Source of the DNA: an uncultured Candidatus Saccharibacteria bacterium
Lineage (GTDB): Bacteria > Patescibacteriota > Saccharimonadia > Saccharimonadales > CAZNVG01
Direction of reading: 5' to 3'
DNA: 64,000 nt
NCBI GenBank assembly: GCA_964576475.1
Contig: CAZNVG010000001.1
Span: forward strand, 8,367 to 72,366
Part shown: piece after piece, positions 38,636-47,455 of the stretch
Layout of the letters: the number at the start of each line of letters is the position of its first letter
How positions within the stretch are numbered: position 1 is the stretch's first letter
Made by a program: the position numbers and the translations under genes
Notes under the pieces: model-generated
The model's database searches: none
Told to the model about the DNA's origin: nothing
The model's input: the letters and a program-made list of their open reading frames with translations, nothing else

Positions 38636-40069
38636 CTATTTATTTTCAGTCGAACTGCCACCAAGAACGTAGTAGAGCGCGCCTAGGGTTGCAATACCTA
38701 TTAGCCACCAATACCACTGACTTGTAGATGTCTTTGCGGTATTTTCCTCTGGTTCATTCTTTGTCTCGTCAGGCGTGGTCTCCTTGACCTTAGCATCCTC
38801 AGTCTTTGTAGTAGATTCCTGAGAAGTAGCCGGAGCACTTTGAGCGTTCGTTTGTTCGCTAATTTGCGCTACAGCAGCGAGAAGCACTGGTGTTGTTCCT
38901 GTTGCGGCAGATTTATCTACGGTTCCAGCACCGCTACCAGGAGTCACGTAATGAAGTACATCATTACGAATCGTCAAACCGAGCAACTCTCCGACACTCT
39001 CTGTGTCTACTGCCAATGAACGAGCCACAACTGTGAAAATGGTGTCTAGCTTTGCAGGATCTAGCTGCACAACACCAGCTGGGACAACCCAAGTGCCATC
39101 ACCTTTATTAGTGGCCGTGTAGGCAACTCCGTTTATGCGAACTTGCACTGTGGCGTCTTCGCTGGCAACTCGTCCTGTCAACTCTGGGGAAGTAATATTC
39201 GTATACACGTCATCAATGTCTACGTTAGTGCTCTGTGGTCTAATAATGCTATCGATGACATGGAGCACGCTATTCAAGTAGACGGCGTTATCGGCGTTTG
39301 TGACAGTGGCGTCGTTTACGACTACAGTTGTAGCATCGGTTGAAGGAGCTACAGTAAGTGGATCATTAGAATTGTTTAACGGCTGCACTTGGACCGGATC
39401 GGTAACTGCTGACGAAGGAACTGCGACTGGCAAAATATGTGTCGCTACAAGAGCGCAGAGTTCATCAGGAGCATCCAACAAAGCCGCTAGCTCTTCAGCC
39501 GGCAAAGCGCTAAATGCGCCGTTATTTGGACCAAATACTGTAATCGGGTTAGTAGTAGCCAAAACTTCTGCAACTGCACATGATGCAGGATCTAGCCCAG
39601 ACAGAGTTTCAACGACTGCGTGGAAGATTTCAGCGTCTGGCACACTATACACATAAGGACCAAAGCTAAAGTCTGTTACCGTATCGAGATCATCTACTAC
39701 ACGCACCGCAATTACTATGTTACGAGACGTAAGATCTATAGGTATTAAATTCTTATTTAGTTGCAGAATCCAGGTTCCTGATTCGTTCACTGTGACAGGA
39801 ATTGGACCAGAAATCGGCGCACTTGTGTCTGCTCTCTCAAAAGTAACAGCAACACTCTTAACACCATCCGCGTCGGATGCAGTTCCTCCTATAAACGACG
39901 TATTATAGAAAGTTACTCCGCTACTGAGACTTACGGTTGCACTTGATGGAGCAAGTGCTTGCGCATGAGCTGCTGGAATAGCGCCCAAACTAATACCTAG
40001 TGTGAATACAAATGCAATTGCACTCGCAAACAATTTTCTACTATTTAATGTGTGGCTGAACCTGGACAT
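38636..40069 (-). CDS. secreted fasciclin (FAS1) domain protein with Ig-like regions and C-terminal TM anchor
   Basis: FAS1 pattern TVFGPNNGAFSALP...LL...HILP...VNDATVT..D....NSVLHVIDSIIRP. N-terminal signal peptide and C-terminal WYWWLIGIATLGALYYV anchor. Confidence 0.55.
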   Translation of the reverse strand: MSRFSHTLNSRKLFASAIAFVFTLGISLGAIPAAHAQALAPSSATVSLSSGVTFYNTSFIGGTASDADGVKSVAVTFERADTSAPISGPIPVTVNESGTWILQLNKNLIPIDLTSRNIVIAVRVVDDLDTVTDFSFGPYVYSVPDAEIFHAVVETLSGLDPASCAVAEVLATTNPITVFGPNNGAFSALPAEELAALLDAPDELCALVATHILPVAVPSSAVTDPVQVQPLNNSNDPLTVAPSTDATTVVVNDATVTNADNAVYLNSVLHVIDSIIRPQSTNVDIDDVYTNITSPELTGRVASEDATVQVRINGVAYTATNKGDGTWVVPAGVVQLDPAKLDTIFTVVARSLAVDTESVGELLGLTIRNDVLHYVTPGSGAGTVDKSAATGTTPVLLAAVAQISEQTNAQSAPATSQESTTKTEDAKVKETTPDETKNEPEENTAKTSTSQWYWWLIGIATLGALYYVLGGSSTENK

Positions 40070-40173
40070 ATACCCTCCGTTAGTTAAACCCCACCCGGCT
40101 TAATCGAATAGTATAAGCATAAAATCCATCTGCGCTTTTTACAAGTTGGTTTTACTGCTGTCTGTGGATAAGT

Positions 40174-40665
40174 TCACAGTGTCCACTGAAAAAGCGCAAT
40201 TGCTGTAGCAGACGCGACGTTCAGCGACTCTTTTGCGCCATGCATTACTATTTCAACGACACTGTCGCATGCATCTAGAACATCTACATCAATGCCGAGC
40301 GGCTCGTTACCCAGCACTAGCGCAGTTTTGGTAGCAGGCTTCCATCGCCGTATGTCTAGCGATCGTGCATTTTGTTCCAAACCTACAAGTGTGTAGCCTT
40401 CTACTTTGAGCTCTTTGAAGAGCTGCCTAATATCTTGATGATGTTTTACTGTTAGGCTTTGCTCAGCACCTAATGCAGTTTTGGCGATCTTATTGGAGAG
40501 CGCTATTACCTCATGAGGAAGCCGGGTGTCGTTGTGAATCTTCGGGTATGGCGTATATCCCGTACAGTAGACGTCAAAATCCCCAAAACAAGCGGCGTTT
40601 CTTAGAATGGCGCCGACATTGTGAGCTGATCGTATATCGTTCAGAATAAGAACTTTGTCGTTCAT
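40174..40665 (-). CDS. SpoU/TrmH-family RNA 2'-O-methyltransferase (TrmL-like size)
   Basis: SPOUT motifs (HNVGAILRNAACFG, LVLGNEPLGI, ESLNVASATAIALF). 163 aa. Confidence 0.7.
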   Translation of the reverse strand: MNDKVLILNDIRSAHNVGAILRNAACFGDFDVYCTGYTPYPKIHNDTRLPHEVIALSNKIAKTALGAEQSLTVKHHQDIRQLFKELKVEGYTLVGLEQNARSLDIRRWKPATKTALVLGNEPLGIDVDVLDACDSVVEIVMHGAKESLNVASATAIALFQWTL

Positions 40666-40712
40666 GTTTCTACTCTACGACGTATGTAGCTGTTCATGCT
40701 ATCATAAGCACA

Positions 40713-42329
40713 ATGAATCCTGACGACAACCAGGCTAAATTTAGAGCAACCGAAGAGGAGACAACTCTTCGTCGTGCTCGATTATTAGGTCTAGAATATG
40801 TCGACACTCGTCAGCTCGAGCAAAAGAATATTTTTCCAGATGTGTTGAGCATAGAGGAAATGCGACAGAGAAAGGTAATACCTCTCGAATACAGAGAGGG
40901 ATTTGTCAGGTTCGGTATCACAGTCACGACACCGCAACCAACACTTAAAGAACTACATGACCAAATGCCAGATTTTCAGATTTCTTTCGCAATGATTTCT
41001 GAATCAGGGTTTCGCGAGTACATGGAAATATACGACCCGCCTAAGAAGGTCGAATACCAAGATATTTCAGTAGGCGGCGATAATCGTGATCTAGTCACAA
41101 AAGTATCTGAAACGATCGCTTCGGTTAAGGCTGATGATATCTTTGCATATCTTGTACAGCAGGCTCATAGACTGAATGCGTCTGACATCCATTTAGAGTC
41201 ACAGAAAGATCATGTGCGCGTTAGAATTCGCATTGACGGTGTACTACATACAATCGCACGTCTAAGCCCAGATAAATACCGGACGCTTATTGGCACTATC
41301 GCGATCGCTGGCAACATATCTACAAGTTCTCCGGAAGCACAACAAGGTCACATAGCTCAGACGGTAGTTATGGCCGATTCATCAAAAGTGCAGATAAATA
41401 TGCGACTCGAAACCGTTCCAACTGTGTTTGGCATGGACATAGTCATGCGTTTATTCAATATGTCGAGCGACATGTACATGCTCGACAAACTTGGTCTAAC
41501 TGATTCAGAAAGAAGCGTAGTCGACGATATCATAAATAAACCAACAGGATTAGTGCTCGTCGTCGGACCGACTGGATCAGGTAAAACAACGACTCTCTAT
41601 TCCATGCTGAACTCACTTAATACTGATGAGAGAAAAATCATAACTCTAGAAGACCCGGTCGAATACCAGTTTGCTGGTATCTCACAAGTTTCACTGGCAA
41701 CTAGAAAAACCACCGAATTAGCGTTTGCAGATCATTTGCGGGCAGTTCTTCGACTCGACCCTGACATTGTGATGATCGGAGAAATTCGAGACTTAGATAC
41801 GGCCAAGACAGCCATGCAGGCTTCACTTACGGGCCACCTCGTGCTTGCGACATTCCACGCCGGCTCAGCTGCGGCGGCCCTCACGAGACTGATGGACGTG
41901 ATAGGTGAAAACCCTTTGTATCTTTCTGCCATCCGGCTCGTTATGGCACAGCGGCTAATCCGAAAGCTCGACGATACTACCAAGCAGTCATACCAACCAG
42001 ACGACGCTACCAAACAAAAAATTCACGATATCCTCGCTACTATGCCAGAGGGTTACCAGTGGCCAGACATGGACAACCTTACGCTATTTAAACCTGGTAG
42101 CTCAGAAGAAAATCCCTATGGCTTTAGCGGTCAAATAGCACTTCGAGAACAGCTACAGGTGACTGATGCGTTGCGAAATTTGCTACAGCAGCCTGCAAGC
42201 CATCTATCTACACAAGCAATTGAAGAAACAGCAAGCAAAGCAGGCATGAAAACCATGCTGCAAAATGGTATTGAGCGGGTGGTCGCGGGCGAGACGTCTT
42301 TTGAAGAAGTATTCCGCGTACTTGGCTAA
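40713..42329 (+). CDS. pilB: type IV pilus assembly ATPase (GspE/PilB family)
   Basis: N-terminal GSPII_E_N-like domain, Walker A GPTGSGKTTT, Asp box, His box. Confidence 0.8.
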   Translation: MNPDDNQAKFRATEEETTLRRARLLGLEYVDTRQLEQKNIFPDVLSIEEMRQRKVIPLEYREGFVRFGITVTTPQPTLKELHDQMPDFQISFAMISESGFREYMEIYDPPKKVEYQDISVGGDNRDLVTKVSETIASVKADDIFAYLVQQAHRLNASDIHLESQKDHVRVRIRIDGVLHTIARLSPDKYRTLIGTIAIAGNISTSSPEAQQGHIAQTVVMADSSKVQINMRLETVPTVFGMDIVMRLFNMSSDMYMLDKLGLTDSERSVVDDIINKPTGLVLVVGPTGSGKTTTLYSMLNSLNTDERKIITLEDPVEYQFAGISQVSLATRKTTELAFADHLRAVLRLDPDIVMIGEIRDLDTAKTAMQASLTGHLVLATFHAGSAAAALTRLMDVIGENPLYLSAIRLVMAQRLIRKLDDTTKQSYQPDDATKQKIHDILATMPEGYQWPDMDNLTLFKPGSSEENPYGFSGQIALREQLQVTDALRNLLQQPASHLSTQAIEETASKAGMKTMLQNGIERVVAGETSFEEVFRVLG

Positions 42330-42334
42330 ATTGC

Positions 42335-42631
42335 TTGCAGACTGCAACCATAGGCGTATACTCCATCTACAATCAATATCAATATGGAGTTGATGTGATA
42401 GAGAGAGCTTGTCCAGACACTGACAGCAAAGAAATGTGCCATGAAGCAAGATTTACGGCGCGATTCTATGAATTTGCGTTCACCGCCCCTAGAGTGCTCG
42501 CAAACACCTGTGTAGATTGTGGCAAGATTGCATTGTCCAGTGTTAATAACGTTTTAGATTTTGAAAAGCTTCTAGACCAAGGAGCTACTATCGTAAAGCC
42601 TGAAGATTCAATGACAGAGACTAGTGAATAA
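42335..42631 (+). CDS. questionable small ORF (TTG start; alternative ATG at 42434), hypothetical
   Basis: Fills the pilB-maeB convergent intergenic region. No SD and no recognisable family. Confidence 0.2.
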   Translation: MQTATIGVYSIYNQYQYGVDVIERACPDTDSKEMCHEARFTARFYEFAFTAPRVLANTCVDCGKIALSSVNNVLDFEKLLDQGATIVKPEDSMTETSE

Positions 42632-43760
42632 CACGCGCTACAGTCCCAACGAGTCGGTCGTCGAGAATTGAAGGAATGATTTCCTGCTGAGACGGAGCTA
42701 CAACTAACGAAGCGATAGCTTCTGCCGCAGCTAACTTATGTTCCTCAGTAATTGCACTGACACCGTTATCCAGAGCTCCTCTAAAAATACCGGGAAATGC
42801 CAAGGCGTTATTTATCTGATTAGGGAAGTCACTGCGACCTGTTGCAACGATAAATGCACCGGCAGCATGGGCGTCGTCGGGTGTAATTTCAGGGTTCGGG
42901 TTTGCGAGAGCAAATATAATCGGTTTGTCAGCCATACTTTTTACGTGTGACTCCTGCAGCAAACCTGCCTTACTCACACCTATAAATATGTCGGCGTCTT
43001 TGATTGCCTCTTCTAAGTTTCCAGCACCGGGATCAAAGTCGACTGTGTGTAGTAGGGCTTTTTTCTCTTCGTTCAGATCATTCCGTGATGACGTAATGAT
43101 TCCTTTACTATCAACAAGCGTTATCTTAACTCCATGAGCATAGCTTTTAATGAGCTTCACTACCGCTGTACCCGCAGCGCCAGCACCGACAACTGTTATT
43201 CGGCAGCTATCAAGTGCTTTACCCGCAAGTTTTGTCGCGTTTATGAGACCTGCTAGTACAACTATTGCCGTGCCGTGTTGGTCGTCATGCATAATTGGAA
43301 TGCGTAGTTTGTTTTTAAGCGTATCTTCGATAGCAAAACACTTCGGTGCAGAAATATCCTCCAAGTTAATGGCACCAAAGCTGGGCGCGATTGCAGTAAT
43401 GGCGGCTATAATTTCGTCCGGTTCATGTACATCAAGCACAATTGGCACTGCATCAATATCTGCAAAGTGCTTAAACAACATAGCTTTGCCCTCCATGACG
43501 GGCATCGCACCATATGGCCCTATATCGCCAAGCCCTAGTACTGCTGAACCGTCTGAAATAATTGCTACTAAATTATTTGTCCACGAATAATCTCTAAGCT
43601 CGTCAGGATGGGCTGCCACGTATGAAGAAACGGCTCCAACTCCAGGACTATAATAAGCACTAAGTTTATCCTTTGAATCAGGAACATCTCGAAGACTGGT
43701 TTGAATTTTACCCTTGTATTTCTTATGTAGTTCGAGCGCTAATTGTGCGTAATCCATCAT
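42621..43760 (-). CDS. NAD(P)-dependent malic enzyme (small-form, MaeB-like)
   Basis: Malic enzyme N-terminal and NAD-binding domains (VYTPGV-like start region, GAGAAG Rossmann). Confidence 0.8.
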   Translation of the reverse strand: MMDYAQLALELHKKYKGKIQTSLRDVPDSKDKLSAYYSPGVGAVSSYVAAHPDELRDYSWTNNLVAIISDGSAVLGLGDIGPYGAMPVMEGKAMLFKHFADIDAVPIVLDVHEPDEIIAAITAIAPSFGAINLEDISAPKCFAIEDTLKNKLRIPIMHDDQHGTAIVVLAGLINATKLAGKALDSCRITVVGAGAAGTAVVKLIKSYAHGVKITLVDSKGIITSSRNDLNEEKKALLHTVDFDPGAGNLEEAIKDADIFIGVSKAGLLQESHVKSMADKPIIFALANPNPEITPDDAHAAGAFIVATGRSDFPNQINNALAFPGIFRGALDNGVSAITEEHKLAAAEAIASLVVAPSQQEIIPSILDDRLVGTVARVIH

Positions 43761-43807
43761 GACCCCAATGCTTTAGTGTACTGGTCTACAGTATATCCCA
43801 TTCGTTA

Positions 43808-44254
43808 TTACGAAACTTGCGTGATCATTAATTTATGGAGCACAAGTATAAATAAGGCACAGTACAGTAGTTCGTATATCCAACCATAAGGCCTCTCGCC
43901 CCATTGTAGCCAGCTGTGAAACCTATAAAATGCATTCTTTGGCAGTTTTCGCTTTCCGAAAATTAACCAGGTAAAGTCAGGTAGTGCCGCAAAGAACATG
44001 CCAACTACAGCAGCTTGCCACAGAGTTGGCCAGGTCAATAGTATAATAGCCAAGGCCGTAAAGCACGCAGTCGCGTCAATAAACAATATGGTTGTAAAGG
44101 TTCTGTCCCAATGTTTCATATTCTTGACACGTCCAAAGTGCGGCAGAGAGTCGCATACAAAATGTGACGCAAATGCAATTGGCGCAACAAGATATGGCTG
44201 CTTGACTGTCAGTCCGACAATTGCACCAACAAGCGTATGATTAATTCCTGTCAT
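43808..44254 (-). CDS. membrane protein, possibly DUF457/YdjM-like metal-dependent hydrolase family
   Basis: MTGINHTLVGAIVG start and His-containing TM segments. Weak family resemblance only. Confidence 0.35.
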   Translation of the reverse strand: MTGINHTLVGAIVGLTVKQPYLVAPIAFASHFVCDSLPHFGRVKNMKHWDRTFTTILFIDATACFTALAIILLTWPTLWQAAVVGMFFAALPDFTWLIFGKRKLPKNAFYRFHSWLQWGERPYGWIYELLYCALFILVLHKLMITQVS

Positions 44255-44296
44255 TACGCTTAACTATACAGTATGCTCATTTTACCCTTATAAGGG

Positions 44297-44325
44297 TTGC
44301 TATAGGGGCGAAAAGCTGCTAGACT
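44297..44325 (+). promoter_or_regulatory. sigma70-like promoter (TTGCTA, 17-nt spacer, TAGACT) giving a very short leader for rplS
   Basis: Seen directly. The -10 ends about 12 nt before the rplS ATG. Confidence 0.35.
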
Positions 44326-44336
44326 ACACCCTCGTT

Positions 44337-44777
44337 ATGTCAACAACAGCAGCAATTCAAGCAAAGTATCTCAAACCCAAAGTAGTCGACGTGCAAAGCG
44401 GCGACACAGTTAAAGTGCACCAGCGAATTCGCGAGGGCAATAAGACTCGTGTCCAGGTATTCGAAGGCATGGTCATACGGACAAAGCGAACCGGTTCACT
44501 GACGAGCAGCATTACTGTTCGGAGAATCGCAAGCGGCGTTGGGGTAGAGAAGAGTTATCTTTTGCACAGTCCGCTTATCGAAAAAGTGGAAGTTGTTAAA
44601 CGTAGCAAAGTACGCCGCAATTTCTTAAGCTACATGCGAAACCGTAGTGGTAAGTCAGCTCGACTAAGCGGTGTTGATTTTGATCGTGAGAAAGTAAACG
44701 ATACGTCAGTTGCTGAGGAGCAAACAAAAAAGACTACTGATTCATCAGAAGTCACAGACGAAAAAACTGAAGAATAA
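44337..44777 (+). CDS. rplS: 50S ribosomal protein L19 (with C-terminal extension)
   Basis: VHQRIREGNKTRVQVFEGMVIRTKRTGSLTSSITVRRI is the L19 core. Confidence 0.9.
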   Translation: MSTTAAIQAKYLKPKVVDVQSGDTVKVHQRIREGNKTRVQVFEGMVIRTKRTGSLTSSITVRRIASGVGVEKSYLLHSPLIEKVEVVKRSKVRRNFLSYMRNRSGKSARLSGVDFDREKVNDTSVAEEQTKKTTDSSEVTDEKTEE

Positions 44778-44819
44778 AAAACTTCTTCATAGTCATAGTG
44801 CTCATGCTAAGATAACTGC

Positions 44820-45587
44820 ATGAGCACTATTTCTTTACCAACACTTAACAAACTAAATATCTACGCTTCTCTGGCACATCTTTTGCAAGCGCTGGCAGTC
44901 TTCATGCTAGCTCGCGACTTCACGCTTCCTATAAATATATCCTTACTAAGATTCAATCAATCTACCCAAGGTCTCGATCCAGGCGTGCAGGAAATATACA
45001 GATTACCCTTAGCCTCACTTATTATTGGGTTCTTTTTGTTATCAGCTTTTTTTCACGCTATTATCTCTACTTTGTATCGTCGACGCTACGAACAAGATCT
45101 CTCCCAGGGTATTAATCGCCTTCGATGGATTGAGTACGCACTTAGCGCCAGTACTATGATGGTAGCCATAGCAATGCTCGTAGGTGTCTATGACCTAGCT
45201 AGTCTACTTATGATTTTCGCACTGACAGCTGGCATGAACTTGATGGGGCTTGTTATGGAGGTGACAAATAAGAAATCCAAGAATCCTAGCTGGCTAAGTT
45301 ACCTCATAGGCTGCGGCGCAGGAATAGTACCGTGGATTGTCATTGCCTTATACTTCTGGGCTAGTAGCCACTACGCAAATAGCGCACCACCAACTTTCGT
45401 ATATTACATTTATGGCTCAATCTTCATATTCTTCAACGGATTTGCAATCAATATGTGGCTACAATATAAGCGACTAGGGAAGTGGAGTAACTACTTGTAC
45501 GGCGAACGAACCTATATCATATTAAGCCTCGTCGCTAAGTCCGCTTTAGCCTGGCAAGTATTTGCTGGCACTCTTCGACCAAACTAG
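44820..45587 (+). CDS. heliorhodopsin (7-TM, inverted-topology microbial rhodopsin)
   Basis: Strong motif-level match to the heliorhodopsin family as I recall it: LAHLLQALAV...RWIEYALSAS...GCGAGIVPW...KWSNYLYGERTYIILSLVAKSALAWQVF. The last block contains the TM7 Lys (retinal Schiff base). Confidence 0.75.
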   Translation: MSTISLPTLNKLNIYASLAHLLQALAVFMLARDFTLPINISLLRFNQSTQGLDPGVQEIYRLPLASLIIGFFLLSAFFHAIISTLYRRRYEQDLSQGINRLRWIEYALSASTMMVAIAMLVGVYDLASLLMIFALTAGMNLMGLVMEVTNKKSKNPSWLSYLIGCGAGIVPWIVIALYFWASSHYANSAPPTFVYYIYGSIFIFFNGFAINMWLQYKRLGKWSNYLYGERTYIILSLVAKSALAWQVFAGTLRPN

Positions 45588-46151
45588 ATGATAGGCATAG
45601 ATGAAGTTGGTCGTGGAACTTGGGCGGGTCCGCTTCTTGTAGCCGCAGTGCGACTTCACGGTGATATAGCTGGCTTGACTGATAGTAAGTTACTGTCAGC
45701 TAAGAAACGTGCGATTTTAGCCCTTCAGATACAAAAGACTGCCGATATAGGTCTCGGCTGGGTATCGGCAGAAACCATAGACTCATTAGGTCTAACACGG
45801 TGTCTGGAGATAGGTGCCTTGCGTGCTGTTTCTGAACTGAGGGCTAATTCTTCTGAACCTATCATCATAGACGGCACACAGAATTTCTTGCCAGAAACGT
45901 ACGCAGTTGAGACTCACGTTAAAGCCGAGCTCAACTTTCCGTCTGTAGCGGCCGCCTCAATTATCGCTAAAGAGCTCAGGGACTCCTATATGCGCGCAAT
46001 TGCCACAAAACATCCTGAGTATGCATTCGAATCACACGTCGGCTATGGTACAGCAGTACACGCGCAGGCGCTGCAACAATTCGGAGTCATTGAATCGTTA
46101 CACCGACTGAGCTTTAAGCCAATTAAGGCACTACTCCTCAACGCGAGGTAA
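45588..46151 (+). CDS. rnhB: ribonuclease HII
   Basis: MIGIDEVGRGTWAGPLLVAAV and a DSK catalytic region. ATG directly abuts the upstream stop. Confidence 0.85.
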   Translation: MIGIDEVGRGTWAGPLLVAAVRLHGDIAGLTDSKLLSAKKRAILALQIQKTADIGLGWVSAETIDSLGLTRCLEIGALRAVSELRANSSEPIIIDGTQNFLPETYAVETHVKAELNFPSVAAASIIAKELRDSYMRAIATKHPEYAFESHVGYGTAVHAQALQQFGVIESLHRLSFKPIKALLLNAR

Positions 46152-47075
46152 CTCGGTCATTTTCCGGTAGTCACCTAACTCCAGTGTCTTCTCGTACGGG
46201 TGAGAAGGTAATTCTTGCTCTCGCTTTTTTCGCGCCTTATCAAACGCCTCATTTGCGTCAAATGCTGCAGCGAGCACGCCAAGATGATACATAATGTTGT
46301 ACTCATCAAAGTCATTCGCTTCAAATCGATAGTCTTTACTCATACGCATCGCTCCAACTGATAGTGGATGCAGTCTGCTCTTGGGCTTGAGAGGTTTTTT
46401 AACTTCTTGTTTAAAGTCAGCTGGATTTACTGAATACTCTTTTTCAGTCCAAGAACCTAGGTTCTCCATAGATCGAATATGTCTTTTAAGTGACAGTGAT
46501 ACCATTTGACCAGCTCTTACTTCGTCTTTCATGAGTGCATATTTAAAGTCCGCACCGTGAACCGCTCGTGCATTATCGTGAAGACGTGAGAAATCCGATG
46601 ATTCCTGTGGCAAGGCTAGCGACCGCATAGCTGCATCCCGTGCAGCAGTAAAGTAGCGTGCTGAAACAACGTATTTTGAAAAGTTTAGTATCCAGCCGTC
46701 ATCATCTCTCTTAAGTGAGCGTCTAGCGACAAGTATCTCTAGTAATTCAGGTTCCTTGGGCATTAACCGCTCCCCAATGACAAAACCTGCGTAATTTTCA
46801 GGAATATCTACAACATAACTGCGCGCAACGCCAACATACTCTGGGCTATCGGTTAACGCTAGTGCTCCGCTTTTGCCGGTCTCGACTTTAGTCGCAATTG
46901 CACCGATTACCGATCCGACAAAACGAAAGTTAGTCTGCCATGCCTCAATTGCATATTCGGTTGTTTCTATTGCCAGTCCAGCAACACCCTTTAATTGAGC
47001 TTCACGTAGTTCACGCATGCTCTCGCGTATATTTCGGAGGGCTAATTCCGTTTGATCAACGGGCTCATTTTCCAT
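46131..47075 (-). CDS. hypothetical protein (314 aa)
   Basis: Long ORF convergent with rnhB, overlapping its end by about 20 nt. No recognisable family. Confidence 0.45.
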   Translation of the reverse strand: MENEPVDQTELALRNIRESMRELREAQLKGVAGLAIETTEYAIEAWQTNFRFVGSVIGAIATKVETGKSGALALTDSPEYVGVARSYVVDIPENYAGFVIGERLMPKEPELLEILVARRSLKRDDDGWILNFSKYVVSARYFTAARDAAMRSLALPQESSDFSRLHDNARAVHGADFKYALMKDEVRAGQMVSLSLKRHIRSMENLGSWTEKEYSVNPADFKQEVKKPLKPKSRLHPLSVGAMRMSKDYRFEANDFDEYNIMYHLGVLAAAFDANEAFDKARKKREQELPSHPYEKTLELGDYRKMTELPRVEE

Positions 47076-47116
47076 AAGAGTGAACTATACAACTTTATGC
47101 TACATTAGTAAATAAT

Positions 47117-47455
47117 ATGTCTACGTATATAGGTCGAACTGCAGAGAATATGGCTCTTCAAGAGCTTGAACTGCTTGGCTTCAATCTAGTAGCCCAAAAC
47201 TGGCGAACAAGACTATGCGAAGTAGATATAATCGTCTCTAAAGGTGACACTATCTATTTCGTCGAAGTAAAGTATCGTCGGTCTTCAGTATCGGGCGATG
47301 GCATAGACTATATTACTTCTAAGAAGTTACAGCAGATGCGCTTTGCGGCTGAACTATGGTGCGCACAGAACAGGTGGCTGGGCGACTATGAACTGGCAGC
47401 AATCGCCGTATCAGGGAGTGACTATACTGTTGGCGACTTAGTGCTCTGTGGCTGA
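47117..47455 (+). CDS. yraN: YraN-family endonuclease (UPF0102)
   Basis: GRTAENMALQELELLGFNLVAQNWRTRLCEVDIIVSKGDTIYFVEVKYRRS matches the YraN pattern. Confidence 0.75.
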   Translation: MSTYIGRTAENMALQELELLGFNLVAQNWRTRLCEVDIIVSKGDTIYFVEVKYRRSSVSGDGIDYITSKKLQQMRFAAELWCAQNRWLGDYELAAIAVSGSDYTVGDLVLCG

